From positions 77,934,001-77,998,000 of the forward strand of contig OZ024744.1 of the NCBI GenBank assembly GCA_964016885.1: a stretch of DNA of 64,000 nucleotides. Reading direction: 5' to 3'. The number at the start of each line of letters is the position of its first letter. Positions within the stretch are counted from its first letter, which is position 1. The notes below the pieces were generated by a model, which saw only the letters and a list, made by a program, of their open reading frames with translations, was not told where the DNA came from and did not search any database. Shown here in pieces: positions 1 through 15,300 of this stretch. Position numbers and translations under genes: made by a program. The DNA is from Eledone cirrhosa. Lineage: Eukaryota.

Positions 1-2297
1 AGTGAGATATAGTTTGAGGCGAGATACAGTTTGGGGTGATATATAGTCTGAGGTGAGATATAGTCTGTTGTGAGATATAGTCTATGGTGAGATATATTCT
101 GTAGTCAGATATAGTCTGGGCTGAGATATAGTCTGGGCTGAGATATAGTTTGTAGTGAGATCTAGTCTGTGGTGAGATATAGTCTGGGGTGAGATATAGT
201 CTGTGGTGAGATATAATCTATGGTGAGATATAGTCTGTGGTGAGATATAGTCTGTAGTGAGATATAGTCTGTGGTGAGATATAGTCTGTGGTGAGATATA
301 GACTGTGGTGAGATATAGTCAGTGGTGAGATATAGTCTGTAGTGAGATATAGTCTGTGGTGAGATATAGTCTGTGGTGAGATATAGTCTGGGGTGAGATA
401 TAGTCTGTGGTGAGATATAGTATGTGGTGAGATATAGTCTGTTGTGACATATAGTCTGTGGTGAGATATAGTCTATAGTGAGATATAGTGTGTAGTGAGA
501 TATAGTCTGTAGTGAGATATAGTCTGTGGTGATATATAGTGTCTGGTGAGATATAGTCTGGGGTGAATTATAGTCTGTGGTGAGATATAGTCTGTGGTGA
601 GATATAGTCTGGGGTGAGATATAGTCTGTGATGAGATATAGTCTGGTGTGAGATATAGCCTGTGGTGAGCTATAGTCTGAGGTGAGATATAGTCTATGGT
701 GAGATACAGTCTGTGGTGAGATATAGTCTATGGTGAGTTATAGTCTGTGGTGAGATATAGTCTGTGGTGAGATATAGTCTGGGTTTAGATATAGTCTATG
801 GTGTGAAATAGTCTGGGATGAGATATAGTTTCTGGTGAAATATAGTCTATGGTGAGATTTAGTCTGTAGTGAGATATAATCTATGGTGTGATACAGTCTG
901 TGGTAAGATATAGTCTGGGCTGAGATATAGTCTGTAGTGAGATATAGTCTGTGGTGAGATATAGTCTGTAGTGAGTTATAGTCTGTTGTGCGATATAGTC
1001 TGTGGTGAGATATAGTCTGTGGTGAGATATAGTCTGTAGACAGATATAGTCTGGGCTGAGATATAGTCTGGGGTGAGATATAGTCTGGGGTGAGATATAG
1101 TCTGTGGTGAGATATAGCCTGTGTTGAGATATACTCTGTGGTGAGATATAGTCTGTGGTAAGATATAGTCTATGGTGTGATAGAGTCTGTGGTGAGATAT
1201 AATCTTTGGTGAGATATAGTCTGTGGTGAGATATAGTCTGGGGTGAGATATAGTCTGTGGTGAGATATATTCTGTGGTGAGATATAGTCTGTAGTGAGAT
1301 ATAGTCTGTTGTGAGATATAGTCTATGGTGTGATATAGTCTGGGGTGAGATATAGTTTGTGGTGAGATATAGTCTGTAGTGAGATATAATCTGTGGTGAG
1401 ATATAGTCTGTAGTGAGTTATAGTCTGTTGTGAGATATAGTCTGTGGTGAGATATAGTCTGTGGTGAGATATAGTTTGTAGTCAGATATAGTCTGGGGTG
1501 AGATATAGTCTGGGGTGAGATATAGTCTGGGGTGAGATATAGTCTGTGGTGAGATATAGCCTGTGGTGAGATATACTCTGTGGTGAGATATAGTCTGTGG
1601 TGAGATATAGTCTATGGTGTGATAGAGTCTGTGGTGAGATATAGTCTTTGGTGAGATATAGTCTGTGGTGAGATATAGTCTGGGGTGAGATATAGTCTGT
1701 GGTGAGATATATTCTGTGGTGAGATATAGTCTGTAGTGAGATATAGTCTGTTGTGAGATATTGTCTATGGTGTGATATAGTCTGGGGTGAGATATAGTTT
1801 GTGGTGAGATATAGTCTGTAGTGAGATATAGTCTGTGGTGAGATAAAGTCCGTGGTAAGATATAGTCTGTAGTGAGATATAGTCTGTAGTGAGATATAGT
1901 CTGTGGTGAGATATAGTCTGGGGTGAGGTATAGTCTTTGGTGAGGTATAGTCTGTGGTAACATATAGTCTGGGCTGAGATATATTCTGGCGTGAGATATA
2001 GTCGGTGGTGTGATATAGTCTGTGGTGAGATATAGTCTGTAGTGAGATATAGTCTGTAGTGAGATATAGTCTGTGGTGAGATAAAGTCTGTAGTGAGTTA
2101 TAGTCTGAGGTGAGATATAGTCTGTGGTGAGATATAATCTGTGGTGAGATATAGTCTATGTTGAGATATAGTCTGTGGTGAGATATAGTTTGTAGTGAGA
2201 TATAGTCTGTGGTGAGATATAGTCTGGGGTGATATATAGTCTGTGGTGAGATATAGTCAGGGGTGAGATATAGTTTGTGGTGAGATATAGTCTGTGG

Positions 2298-5200
2298 TGA
2301 GATATAGTCTGGAGTGAGATATAGTCTATGGTGAGATATAATCTGGGTGGAGATATAGTCTGTAGTGAGATATAGTATGTAGTGAGATATAGTCTGTTAT
2401 GAGATATAGTCTGGGGTGAGATATGGTCTGAGGGGAGATATAGTCTGGGGTGAGATATGGTCTGAGGTGAGATATAGTCTGCGGTGAGATATAGTCTGTG
2501 CTGAGATATGGTCTGAGGTGAGATATAGTCTGTGGTGAGATATAGTCTGTTATGAGATATAGTCTGTGGTGAGATATAGTCTATGGTGAGATATATTCTG
2601 GCGTGAGATATAGTCGGTGGTGTGATATAGTCTGTGGTGAGATATAGTCTGTAGTGAGATATAGTCTGTAGTGAGATATAGTCTGTGGTGAGATAAAGTC
2701 TGTAGTGAGTTATAGTCTGAGGTGAGATATAGTCTGTGGTGAGATATAATCTGTGGTGAGATATAGTCTATGTTGAGATATAGTCTGTGGTGAGATATAG
2801 TTTGTAGTGAGATATAGTCTGTGGTGAGATATAGTCTGGGGTGATATATAGTCTGTGGTGAGATATAGTCAGGGGTGAGATATAGTCTGTGGTGAGATAT
2901 AGTCTGGAGTGAGATATAGTCTATGGTGAGATATAATCTGGGTGAAGATATAGTCTGTAGTGAGATATAGTATGTAGTGAGATATAGTCTGTTATGAGAT
3001 ATAGTCTGGGGTGAGATATGGTCTGAGGGGAGATATAGTCTGGGGTGAGATATGGTCTGAGGTGAGATATAGTCTGCGGTGAGATATAGTCTGTGCTGAG
3101 ATATGGTCTGAGGTGAGATATAGTCTGTGGTGAGATATATTCTGTTATGAGATATAGTCTGTGGTGAGATATAGTCTATGGTGAGATATAGTCTGGAGTG
3201 AGATATAGTCCCTGGCATGATGTAGTCTGTGGCAATATATAGTCTGGGGTGCGAGATAGTCTGGGGTGAGATATAGTCTGTGGTGAGGTATAATCTCTGG
3301 TAAGATATAGTCTGGGATGAGATATAGTCTGTGGTGAGATATAGACTGGGGTGAGATATAGTCTGTGGCGAGATATAGTCTGTTGTAAGATATAATCTGG
3401 GGTGAGATATAGTCTGTAGTGAGATATAGTCTATGGTGAGATATAGTCTGTGGTGAGATATTGTCTGGGATGAGATATAGTCTGTAGGGAGATATAGTCT
3501 ATGGTGAGATATGGTCTGTAGTGAGTTATAGTCTGTGGTGAGATATGGTCTGTGGTGAGATATAGTCTGTTGTGAGATATAGTCTGTGGTGAGATATAGT
3601 CTGTGTGAGATAGAGTCTGGGGTGAGATATAGTCTGATGTGAGATATAGTCTGGGGTGAGATATAGTCTGTGGTGAGATATAGTCTGTTGTGACATATAG
3701 TGTGTGGTGAGATATAGTCTGAGGTGAGATATAGTCTGTGGTGAGATATAATCTGTTGTGAGATATAGTCTGTAGTGAGATATAGTCTATAGTGAAATAT
3801 AGTCTGGGGTGAGATATAGTCTGTGGTGAGATATAGTCTGTGGTGAGATATAGTCTGTGGTGAGATATAGTCTGTGGTGAGATATAGTCTCTGGTGAGAT
3901 ATAGTCTGTGGTTAGATATAGTCTGTGGTCAGATATAGTCTGTGGTGAGATATAGTCTGTCGTGAGATATAGTCTGGGGTGAGATATAGTCTGGAGTGAG
4001 ATATAGTCTATGGTGAGATATAATCTGGGTGGAGATATAGTCTGTAGTGAGATATAGTATGTAGTGAGATATAGTCTGTTATGAGATATAGTCTGGGGTG
4101 AGATATGGTCTGAGGGGAGATATAGTCTGGGGTGAGATATGGTCTGAGGTGAGATATAGTCTGCGGTGAGATATAGTCTGTGCTGAGATATGGTCTGAGG
4201 TGAGATATAGTCTGTGGTGAGATATAGTCTGTTATGAGATATAGTCTGTGGTGAGATATAGTCTATGGTGAGATATATTCTGGCGTGAGATATAGTCGGT
4301 GGTGTGATATAGTCTGTGGTGAGATATAGTCTGTAGTGAGATATAGTCTGTAGTGAGATATAGTCTGTGGTGAGATAAAGTCTGTAGTGAGTTATAGTCT
4401 GAGGTGAGATATAGTCTGTGGTGAGATATAATCTGTGGTGAGATATAGTCTATGTTGAGATATAGTCTGTGGTGAGATATAGTTTGTAGTGAGATATAGT
4501 CTGTGGTGAGATATAGTCTGGGGTGATATATAGTCTGTGGTGAGATATAGTCAGGGGTGAGATATAGTCTGTGGTGAGATATAGTCTGGAGTGAGATATA
4601 GTCTATGGTGAGATATAATCTGGGTGAAGATATAGTCTGTAGTGAGATATAGTATGTAGTGAGATATAGTCTGTTATGAGATATAGTCTGGGGTGAGATA
4701 TGGTCTGAGGGGAGATATAGTCTGGGGTGAGATATGGTCTGAGGTGAGATATAGTCTGCGGTGAGATATAGTCTGTGCTGAGATATGGTCTGAGGTGAGA
4801 TATAGTCTGTGGTGAAATATATTCTGTTATGAGATATAGTCTGTGGTGAGATATAGTCTATGGTGAGATATAGTCTGGAGTGAGATATAGTCCCTGGCAT
4901 GATGTAGTCTGTGGCAATATATAGTCTGGGGTGCGATATAGTCTGGGGTGAGATATAGTCTGTGGTGAGGTATAATCTCTGGTAAGATATAGTCTGGGAT
5001 GAGATATAGTCTGTGGTGAGATATAGACTGGGGTGAGATATAGTCTGTGGCGAGATATAGTCTGTTGTAAGATATAATCTGGGGTGAGATATAGTCTGTA
5101 GTGAGATATAGTCTATGGTGAGATATAGTCTGTGGTGAGATATTGTCTGGGATGAGATATAGTCTGTAGGGAGATATAGTCTATGGTGAGATATGGTCTG

Positions 5201-5675
5201 TAGTGAGTTATAGTCTGTGGTGAGATATGGTCTGTGGTGAGATATAGTCTGTTGTGAGATATAGTCTGTGGTGAGATATAGTCTGTGTGAGATAGAGTCT
5301 GGGGTGAGATATAGTCTGATGTGAGATATAGTCTGGGGTGAGATATAGTCTGTGGTGAGATATAGTCTGTTGTGACATATAGTGTGTGGTGAGATATAGT
5401 CTGAGGTGAGATATAGTCTGTGGTGAGATATAATCTGTTGTGAGATATAGTCTGTAGTGAGATATAGTCTATAGTGAAATATAGTCTGGGGTGAGATATA
5501 GTCTGTGGTGAGATATAGTCTGTGGTGAGATATAGTCTGTGGTGAGATATAGTCTGTGGTGAGATATAGTCTCTGGTGAGATATAGTCTGTGGTTAGATA
5601 TAGTCTGTGGTCAGATATAGTCTGTGGTGAGATATAGTCTGTCGTGAGATATAGTCTGGGGTGAGATATAGTCTG
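2298..5675 (+). repeat. 1,682-bp tandem higher-order duplication
   Basis: ORFs 2550..3218 and 4232..4900 differ at one residue. The rare variant GTCCCTGGCATGATGTAG is present in both copies at offset 1,682. Confidence 0.92.
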
Positions 5676-8600
5676 GGGTGAGATATAGTCTGATGTGAGA
5701 TATAGTCTGGGGTGAGATATAGTCTGTGGTGAGATATAGTCTGTTGTGAGATATAGTCTGTGGTGAGATATAGTCTATGATGAAATATAGTCTGGGGTGA
5801 GATATAGTCTGTGGTGAGATATATTCTGGGGTGAGATATAGTCTATTGTGAGATATAGTCTGTAGTGAGATATAGTCTGTGGTGAGATATAGTCTTGTGT
5901 GAGATATAGTCTGTGGTGATATATAGTCTGAGGTGAGATATAGTCTGGAGTGATATATAGTCTGGGATGAGATATAGTCTGTGGTGAGATATAGTCTGTG
6001 GGGAGATATAGTCTATGGTGAGATATAGTCTGTGGTGAGATATAGTTTGGGGTGAGATATAGTCTGATGTGAGATATAGTCTGGGGTGAGATATAGTCTG
6101 TGGTGAGATATAGTCTGTTGTTACATATAGTGTGTGGTGAGATATAGTCTGGGGTGAGAAATAGTCAGTGGTGAGATATAGTCTGTTGTGAGATATAGTC
6201 TGTGGTGAGATATAGTCTATAGTGAAATATAGTCTGGGGTGAGATATAGTCTGTGGTGAGATATAGTCTGTGGTCAGCTATAGTCTATGGTGAGATATAG
6301 TCTGTGGTGAGATATAGTCTGTAGTGAGTTATAGTCTGTGGTGAGATATAGTCTGTGGTGAGATATAGTCTGTTGTGAGATATAGTCTGTGGTGAGATAT
6401 AGTCTGTGTGAGATATAGTCTGGTGTGAGATATAGTCTGTGGTGAGATATAGTCTATAGTGAAATATAGTCTGGGGTGAGATATAGTCTGTGATGAGATA
6501 TAGTCTGTGGTCATATATAGTCTGTGGTGAGATATAGTCTGAGGGGTGATATACTCTGTTGTGACATGTAGTATGAGGTGAGATATAGTCTGTGGTGAGA
6601 TATAGTCTGGGGTGAGATATAGTCTGTAGTGAGATATAGTCTGGGCTGAGATATAGTCTGTGGTGAGATATAGTCTGTGGTGAGATAACGTCTGTGGTGA
6701 GTTATAGTCTGAGGTGAGATATAGTCTGGGGTGATATATAGTCTGGGATGAGATATAGTCTGTGGTGAGATATAGTCTGTTGTGAGATATAGACTGTGGT
6801 GAGATATAGTCTATGGTGAAATATAGTCTGGGGTGAGATATAGTCTGTGGTGAGATATATTCTGGGGTGAGATATAGTCTATAGTGAGATATAGTCTGTG
6901 GTGAGATATAGTCTGTGGTGAGATATAGTCTGGTGTGAGATATAGTCTGTGGTGATATATAGTCTGAGGTGAGATATAGTCTGGAGTGATATATACTCTG
7001 GGATGAGATATAGTCTGTGGGGAGATATAGTCTATGGTGAGATATAGTCTGTGGTGAGATATATTCTGGGGTGAGATATAGTCTGTTGTGAGATATAGTC
7101 TATAGTGAGATATAGTCTGGGGTGAGATATAGTCTGTGGTGAGATATAGACTGTGGTGAGATATAGTCAGTGGTGAGATATAGTCTGTGGTGAGATATAG
7201 TCTGGTGTGAGATATAGTCTGTGGTGATATACAGTCTGAGGTGAGATATAATCTTTAGTCAGGTATAGTCTGGGGTGAGATATAGTCTGGGGTGAGATAT
7301 AGACTGTAGTGAGATATAGTCTGTGGTGAGATATAGTCTGGGGTGAGATATAGTCTGTGCTGAGAAATAATCTATGGTGAGATATAGTCTGGGGTGAGAT
7401 ATAGTCTGATGTGAGATATAGTCTGTGGTGAGATATAGTCTGTGGTGAAATATAGTCTATAGTGAGATATAGTCTGTGGTGAGATATAGTCTGGGGTGAG
7501 ATATAGTCTGTGATGAGATATAGTCTGGTGTGAGATATAGTCTGGAGTGAGATATACTCTGTGGTGAGATTTTTTCTGGGGTGAGATATAGTCTGGGGTG
7601 AGCTATAGTCTGTGGTGAGAAATAGTCTGTGGTGAGCTATAGTCTGAGGTGAGATATAGTCTATGGTGAGATACAGTCTGTGGTGAGATATAGTCTATGG
7701 TGAGTTATAGTCTGTGGTGAGATATAGTCTGTGGTGAGATATAGTCTGGGTTTAGATATAGTCTATGGTGTGAAATAGTCTGGGGTGAGATATAGTTTCT
7801 GGTGAAATATAGTCTATGGTGAGATTTAGTCTGTAGTGAGATATAATCTATGGTGTGATATAGTCTGTGGTAAGATATAGTCTGGGCTGAGATATAGTCT
7901 GTAGTGAGATATAGTCTGTGGTGAGATATAGTCTGTAGTGAGTTATAGTCTGTAGTGAGATATAGTCTGTGGTGAGGTATAGTCTGTGGTGAGATATAGT
8001 CTGTAGTCAGATATAGTCTGGGGTGAGATGTAGTCTGGGGTGAGATATAGTGTGGGGTGAGATATAGTCTGTGGTGAGATATAGCCTGTGGTGAGATATA
8101 CTCTGTGGTGAGATATAGTCTGTGGTGAGATATAGTCTATGGTGTGATAGAGTCTGTGGTGAGATATAGTCTTTGGTGAGATATAGTCTGTTGTGAGATA
8201 TAGTCTGTGGTGAGATATAGTCTGGGGTGAGATATAGTCTGTGGTGAGATATAGTCTGTGGTGAGATATATTCTGTGGTGAGATATAGTCTGTAGTGAGA
8301 TATAGTCTGTTGTGAGATATAGTCTATGGTGTGATATAGTCTGTGGTGAGATATAGTTTGTGGTGAGATATAGTCTGTAGTGAGATATAGTCTGTGGTGA
8401 GATAAAGTCCGTGGTAAGATATAGTCTGTAGTGAGATATAGTCTGTAGTGAGATATAGTCTGTGGTGAGATATAGTCTGGGGTGAGATATAGTCTGGGGT
8501 GAGGTATAGTCTTTGGTGAGGTAGAGTCTCTGGTAACATATAGTCTGGGCTGAGATATATTCTGGGGAGAGATATAGTCTGGGGTGAGATATAGTCTGTG

Positions 8601-9369
8601 GTGAGATATAGACTGTGGTGAGATATAGTCTGTGGTAAGATATAGACTGTGGTGAGATATAGTCTGTGGTGAGATATCGTCTGTGGTGAGATATAGTCTG
8701 TGGTGAGATATAGTCTGGGGGGAGATATAGTCTGTAATGAGATATAGTCTGGTGTGGAATATAGTCTGCGGTGAGATATAGTCTGTGGTGAGATATGGTC
8801 TGTGGTGAGATATAGTCTGTGGTGAGATATAGTCTGTAGTGAGATATAGTCTACGGCGTGATATAGTCTGTGGCAATATATAGTCTGGGGTGCGATATAG
8901 TCTGGGGCGAGATATAGTCTGTGGTGAGATATAGTCTCTGGTAAGATATAGTCTGGGGTGAGATATAGTCCGGGGTGAGATATAGCCTGTAGTGAGATAT
9001 AGTCTGTGGTGAGATATAGTCTGGGGTGAGATCTAGTCTGTGGTGAGATATAGTCTGTGGTGAGATATAGTCTGTAGTGAGATATAGTCTATGGTGAGAT
9101 ATAGGCTGTGGTGTGATATAGTCTGTAGTGAGATATAGTCTATGGTGTGAGATAGTCTGTGGTGAGATATAGTCTGTAGTGAGATATAGTCTGTAGTGAG
9201 ATATAGTCTGTGGTGAGATATAATCTGTGGTGAAATATAGTCTGGGGTGAAATATAGTCTGAAGTGAGATATAGTCTGTAGTGATATATAGTCTGGGGTG
9301 AGATATAGTCTGTGGTGAGATATAGTCTGTGGTGAGATATAGTCTGTGGTGAGTGAGATATAGTCTGTG

Positions 9370-12300
9370 GTGAGATATAGTCTGTGGTGACATATAGTCT
9401 GTGGTGAGATATAGTCTCTAGTGAGATATAGTCTGTAGTGAGATATAGTCTGTGGTGAGATATAGTCTGTGGTGAGTGAGATATAGTCTGTGGTGAGATA
9501 TAGTCTGGGGTGAAATATAGTCTGAAGTGAGATATAGTCTGTAGTGATATATAGTCTGCGGTGAGATATAGTCTGTGGTGAGATATAGTCTGTGGTGAGA
9601 TATAGTCTTTGGTGAGATATAGTCTGTGGTGTGATATAGTCTGTAGTGAGATATAGTCTATGGAGAGATATAGGCTGTGGTGTGATATAGTCTGTAGTGA
9701 GATATAGTCTATGGTGTGAGATAGTCTGTGGTGAGATATAGTCTGTAGTGAGATATAGTGTGAAGTGAGATATAGTCTGTGGTCAGATATAGTGTGTGGT
9801 GAGATATAGTCTATGGTGAGATATACTCTGTGGTGAAATATAGTCTGTGGTGAGATATAGTCTGTAGTGAGATATAGTCTATGGTGTGATATAGTCTGGG
9901 GTGAGATATAGTTTGTGGTGAGATATAGTCTGTGGTGAGATATAGTCAGTGGTCAGATATAGTCTGTGGTCAGATATAGTCTGTGGTGAGATATAGTCTG
10001 TGATGAGATATAGTCTGTAGTGTGATATAGTCTGTGGTGAGATATATTCTGTGGTGAGATATAGTCTGGGGTGAGATATAGTCTGTAGTGAGATATGGTC
10101 TGGGGTGAGATATAGTCTGTGGTGAGATATAGTCTGTGGTGAGATATAGTCTGGGGTGAGATATAGTCTGAGGTGAGATATAGTCTGTGGTGAGATATAG
10201 TCTGTTATGAGATATAGTCTGGGGTGCAATATTGTCTGGGGTGAGATATAGTCTGTGGTGAGATATAGTCTGTAGTGAGATATAGTGTGGGGTGAGATAT
10301 AGTCTGTAGTGAGATATAGTCTGGGGAGAGATATAGTCTGGGGTGAGATATAGTCTATGGTGAGATATAGTCTGGGGTGAGATATAGTCTGGGGTGAGAT
10401 ATAGCCTGTGGTAAGATATAGTCTGTAGTGAGATATAGTGTGTAGTGAGATATAGTCTGGGGTTAGGTATAGTCTTTGGTGAGGTATAGTCTGTGGTAAG
10501 ATATAGTCTGGGCTGAGATATATTCTGGGGTGAGATATATTCTGTCATGAGATATAGTCTGTGGTGAGATATAGTCTGTAGTGAGTTAGAGTCTGAGGTG
10601 AGATATATTCTGTGGTGAGATATAGTCTGAGGTGAGATATAGTCTGTGGTGAGTAAGATATAGTCTGTGGTGAGATATAGTCTGGGGTGAGATATAGTCT
10701 GAAGTGAGATATAGTTTGTAGTGATATATAGTCTGGGGTGAGATATAGTCTGTGGTGAGATATAGTTTGTGGTGAGATATAGACTATAGTGAGATATAGT
10801 CTATGGTGAGATATAGGCTGTGGTATGATATAGTCTGTAGTGAGATATAGTCTATGGTGTGAGATAGTCTGTGGTGAGATATTGTCTGTAGTGAGATATA
10901 GTGTGAAGTGAGATATAGTCTGTGGTGAGATATAGTGTGTGGTGAGATATAGTCTATGGTGAGATATAGTCTGTAGTGAGATATAGTCTGTGATGAGATA
11001 TAATCTATGGTGAGATATAGTCTGGGGTGAGATATAGTCTGTAGTGAGATATAGTCTGTGGTGAGATATAGTTTGTAGGGAGATATAGTCTGTGGTGAGA
11101 TATAGTCTGTGGTGAGATATAGTCTGTTGTGAGATATAGTCTGTGGTGAGATATAGACTGTGGTGAGATATAGTCTGTGGTGAGATATAGTTTGTAGGGA
11201 GATATAGTCTGTGGTGAGATATAGTCTGTGGTGAGATATATTCTGTGGTCAGATATAGTCTGTGGTCAGATATAGTCTGTGGTGAGATATAATCTGTGGT
11301 GAGATATAGTCTGGGGTAAGATATAGTCTGTGGTGAGATATAGTCTGGTGTGAGATAAAGTCTGGAGTGAGATATACTCTGTGGTGAGATATTGTCTGGG
11401 GTGAGATATAGTCTGGGGTGAGCTATAGTCTGTGGTGAAATATAGTCTATGGTGAGATATTGTCTGTAGTGAGATATAGTCTATGGTGAAATATAGTCTA
11501 TGGTGAGATATAGTCTGTGTTGAGATATAGTCTGTGGTGAGATATAGTCTGGTGTAAGATATAGTCTGTGGTGAGATATAGTCTGGGGTGACATATAGTC
11601 TATGGAGAGATATATTCTGTAGTGAGATATAGTCTGTGGTTTGATATAGTCTGTGGTGAGATATAGTCTGTTATGAGATATAGTCTGGGGTGAGATATAG
11701 TCTATGGTGAGATATAGTCTGGGGTGAGATATAGTTTGTAGGGAGATATAGTCTGTTGTGAGATATAGTCTATGGTGTGATATAGTCTGGTGTGAGATAT
11801 AGTTTGTGGTGAGATATACTCTGTACTGAGATATAGTCTTTGGTGAGATATAGTTTGTGATAAGATATAGTCTGTAGTGAGATATAGTCTGTGGTGAGAT
11901 ATAGTCTGGGGTGAGATATAGTCTGGGGTGAGGTATAGTCCGTGGTAAGATATAGTCTGGGCTGAGATATATTCTGGGGTGAGATATAGTCTGTGGTGAG
12001 ATATAGTCTGTAGTGAGATATAGTCTGTAAAGAGATATAGTCTGTGGTGAGATAAAGTCTGTAGTGAGCTATAGTCTGAGGTGAGATATAGTCTGTGGTG
12101 ATATATAGTCTGGGATGAGATATAGTCTGTGGGGAGATATAGTCTATGGTGAGATATAGTCTGTGGTGAGATATAGTCTTTAGTGAGATATAGTCTGTGG
12201 TGAGATATGGTGTGGGGTGATATATAGTCTGTGGTGAGATATAGTCTGTGGTGAGATATAGTCTGTAGTGAGACATAGTCTGTAGTGAGATATAGTCTGG

Positions 12301-15300
12301 CTGAGATATAGTCTGCGGTGAGATATATTCTGTGCTGAGATATAGTCTGGGGTGAGATATAGCCTGAGGTGAGATATCGTCTGTAGTGAGATATAGTCTA
12401 TGGTGTGATATAGTCTGTGGCAATATATAGACTTGGGTGCGATATAGTCTGGGGTGAGATATAGTCTGTGGTGAGGTATAGTCTCTGGTAAGATATAGTC
12501 TGGGGTGAGATATAGTCCGGAGTGAGATATAGTCTGTAGTGAGATATTGTCTCTAGTGAGATATAGTATGTGGTGAGATATAGTCTGTAGTGAGATATAG
12601 TCTGGGGTGAGATATAGTCTGTGGTGAGATATATTCTGTAGTGAGATATAGTCTGGGGTGAGATATAGTCTGTGGCAAGATATAGTCTGTTGTAAGATAT
12701 AGTCTAGGGTGAGATATAGTCTGTAGTGAGATATAATCTATGGTGAGATATAGTCTGTGGTGAGATATAGTCTGTAGTGAGATATAGTCTGGGGTGAGAT
12801 ATAGTCTGTGGTGAGATATATTCTGTAGTGAGATATAGTCTATGGTGTGATATAGTCTGTGGTGAGATATAGTCTGGGGTGAGATAAAGTCTGTGGTGAG
12901 ATATAGTCTGGGGTGAGATATAGTCTGGGGTGATATATAATATGTGATGACATATAGTCTGTGGTGAGATATTGTATGTAGTAAGATATAGTCTGTAGTG
13001 AGATATAGTCTGTAGTGAGATATAGTCTGTGGTGAGATATAGTGTGGGGTGAGATATAGTCTGAGGTGAGATATAGTCTGTGGTGAGATATAGTCTATGG
13101 TTATAATATAGTAAGTAGTGAGATATAGTCTGTAGTGAGATATAGCCTGTAGTGAGATATAGTCTGTGGTGAGATATAGTCTGGGGTGAGATATAGTCTA
13201 TGGTGAGATATAGTCTGTGGTGAGGTATAGTCTGTGGTAAGATATAGTGTGGGGTGAGATATAGTCTGGGGTGAGATATAATCTGTGGTGAGATATAGTC
13301 TGTGGTAAGATATAGTTTGTGCTGAGATATAGTCTGTAGTGAGATATAGTCTGGGGTGAGATATAGACTGTGCTGAGATATAGTCTGTAGTGAGATATAG
13401 TCTGTGGTGAGATATATTCTGTACTGAGATATAGTCTGTGGTGAGATATAGTCTGTGGTGACATATAGTCTGTGGTGAGATATAGTCTCTAGTGAGATAT
13501 AGTCTGTAGTGAGATATAGTCTGTGGTGAGATATAGTCTGTGGTGAGTGAGATATAGTCTGTGGTGAGATATAGTCTGGGGTGAGATATAGTCTGTAGTG
13601 AGATATAGTCTGTAGTGATATATAGTCTGCGGTGAGATATAGTCTGTGGTGAGATATAGTCTGTGGTGAGATATAGTCTGTAGTGAGATATAGTCTATGG
13701 AGAGATATAGGCTGTGGTGTGATATAGTCTGTAGTGAGATATAGTCTATGGTGTGAGATAGTCTGTGGTGAGATATAGTCTGTAGTGAGATATAGTGTGA
13801 AGTGAGATATAGTCTGTGGTCAGATATAGTGTGTGGTGAGATATAGTCTATGGTGAGATATACTCTGTGGTGAAATATAGTCTGTGGTGAGATATAGTCT
13901 GTAGTGAGATATAGTCTATGGTGTGATATAGTCTGGGGTGAGATATAGTTTGTGGTGAGATATAGTCTGTGGTGAGATATAGTCAGTGGTCAGATATAGT
14001 CTGTGGTCAGATATAGTCTGTGGTGAGATATAGTCTGTGATGAGATATAGTCTGTAGTGTGATATAGTCTGTGGTGAGATATAGTCTGTGGTGAGATATA
14101 GTCTGGGGTGAGATATAGTCTGTAGTGAGATATGGTCTGGGGTGAGATATAGTCTGTGGTGAGATATAGTCTGTGGTGAGATATAGTCTGGGGTGAGATA
14201 TAGTCTGAGGTGAGATATAGTCTGTGGTGAGATATAGTCTGGGGTGAGATATAGTCTGGGGTGAGATATAGCCTGTGGTAAGATATAGTCTGTAGTGAGA
14301 TATAGTGTGTAGTGAGATATAGTCTGGGGTTAGGTATAGTCTTTGGTGAGGTATAGTCTGTGGTAAGATATAGTCTGGGCTGAGATATATTCTGGGGTGA
14401 GATATATTCTGTCATGAGATATAGTCTGTGGTGAGATATAGTCTGTAGTGAGTTAGAGTCTGAGGTGAGATATATTCTGTGGTGAGATATAGTCTGAGGT
14501 GAGATATAGTCTGTGGTGAGTAAGATATAGTCTGTGGTGAGATATAGTCTGGGGTGAGATATAGTCTGAAGTGAGATATAGATTGTAGTGATATATAGTC
14601 TGGGGTGAGATATAGTCTGTGGTGAGATATAGTCTGTGGTGAGATATAGTCTGTAGTGAGATATAGTCTATGGTGAGATATAGGCTGTGGTGTGATATAG
14701 TCTGTAGTGAGATATAGTCTATGGTGTGAGATAGTCTGTGGTGAGATATAGTCTGTAGTGAGATATAGTGTGAAGTGAGATATAGTCTGTGGTGAGATAT
14801 AGTGTGTGGTGAGATATAGTCTATGGTGAGATATAGTCTGTAGTGAGATATAGTCTGTGATGAGATATAATCTCTGGTGAGATATAGTCTGGGGTGAGAT
14901 ATAGTCTGTAGTGAGATATAGTCTGTGGTGAGATATAGTTTGTAGGGAGATATAGTCTGTGGTGAGATATAGTCTGTGGTGAGATATAGTCTGTGGTGAG
15001 ATATAGTCTGTGGTGAGATATAGACTGTGGTGACATATAGTCTGTGGTGAGATATAGTTTGTAGGGAGATATAGTCTGTGGTGAGATATAGTCTGTGGTG
15101 AGATATATTCTGTGGTCAGATATAGTCTGTGGTCAGATATAGTCTGTGGTGAGATATAGTCTGTGGTGAGATATAGTCTGGGGTAAGATATAGTCTGTGG
15201 TGAGATATAGTCTGGTGTGAGATAAAGTCTGGAGTGAGATATACTCTGTGGTGAGATATTGTCTGGGGTGAGATATAGTCTGGGGTGAGCTATAGTCTGT

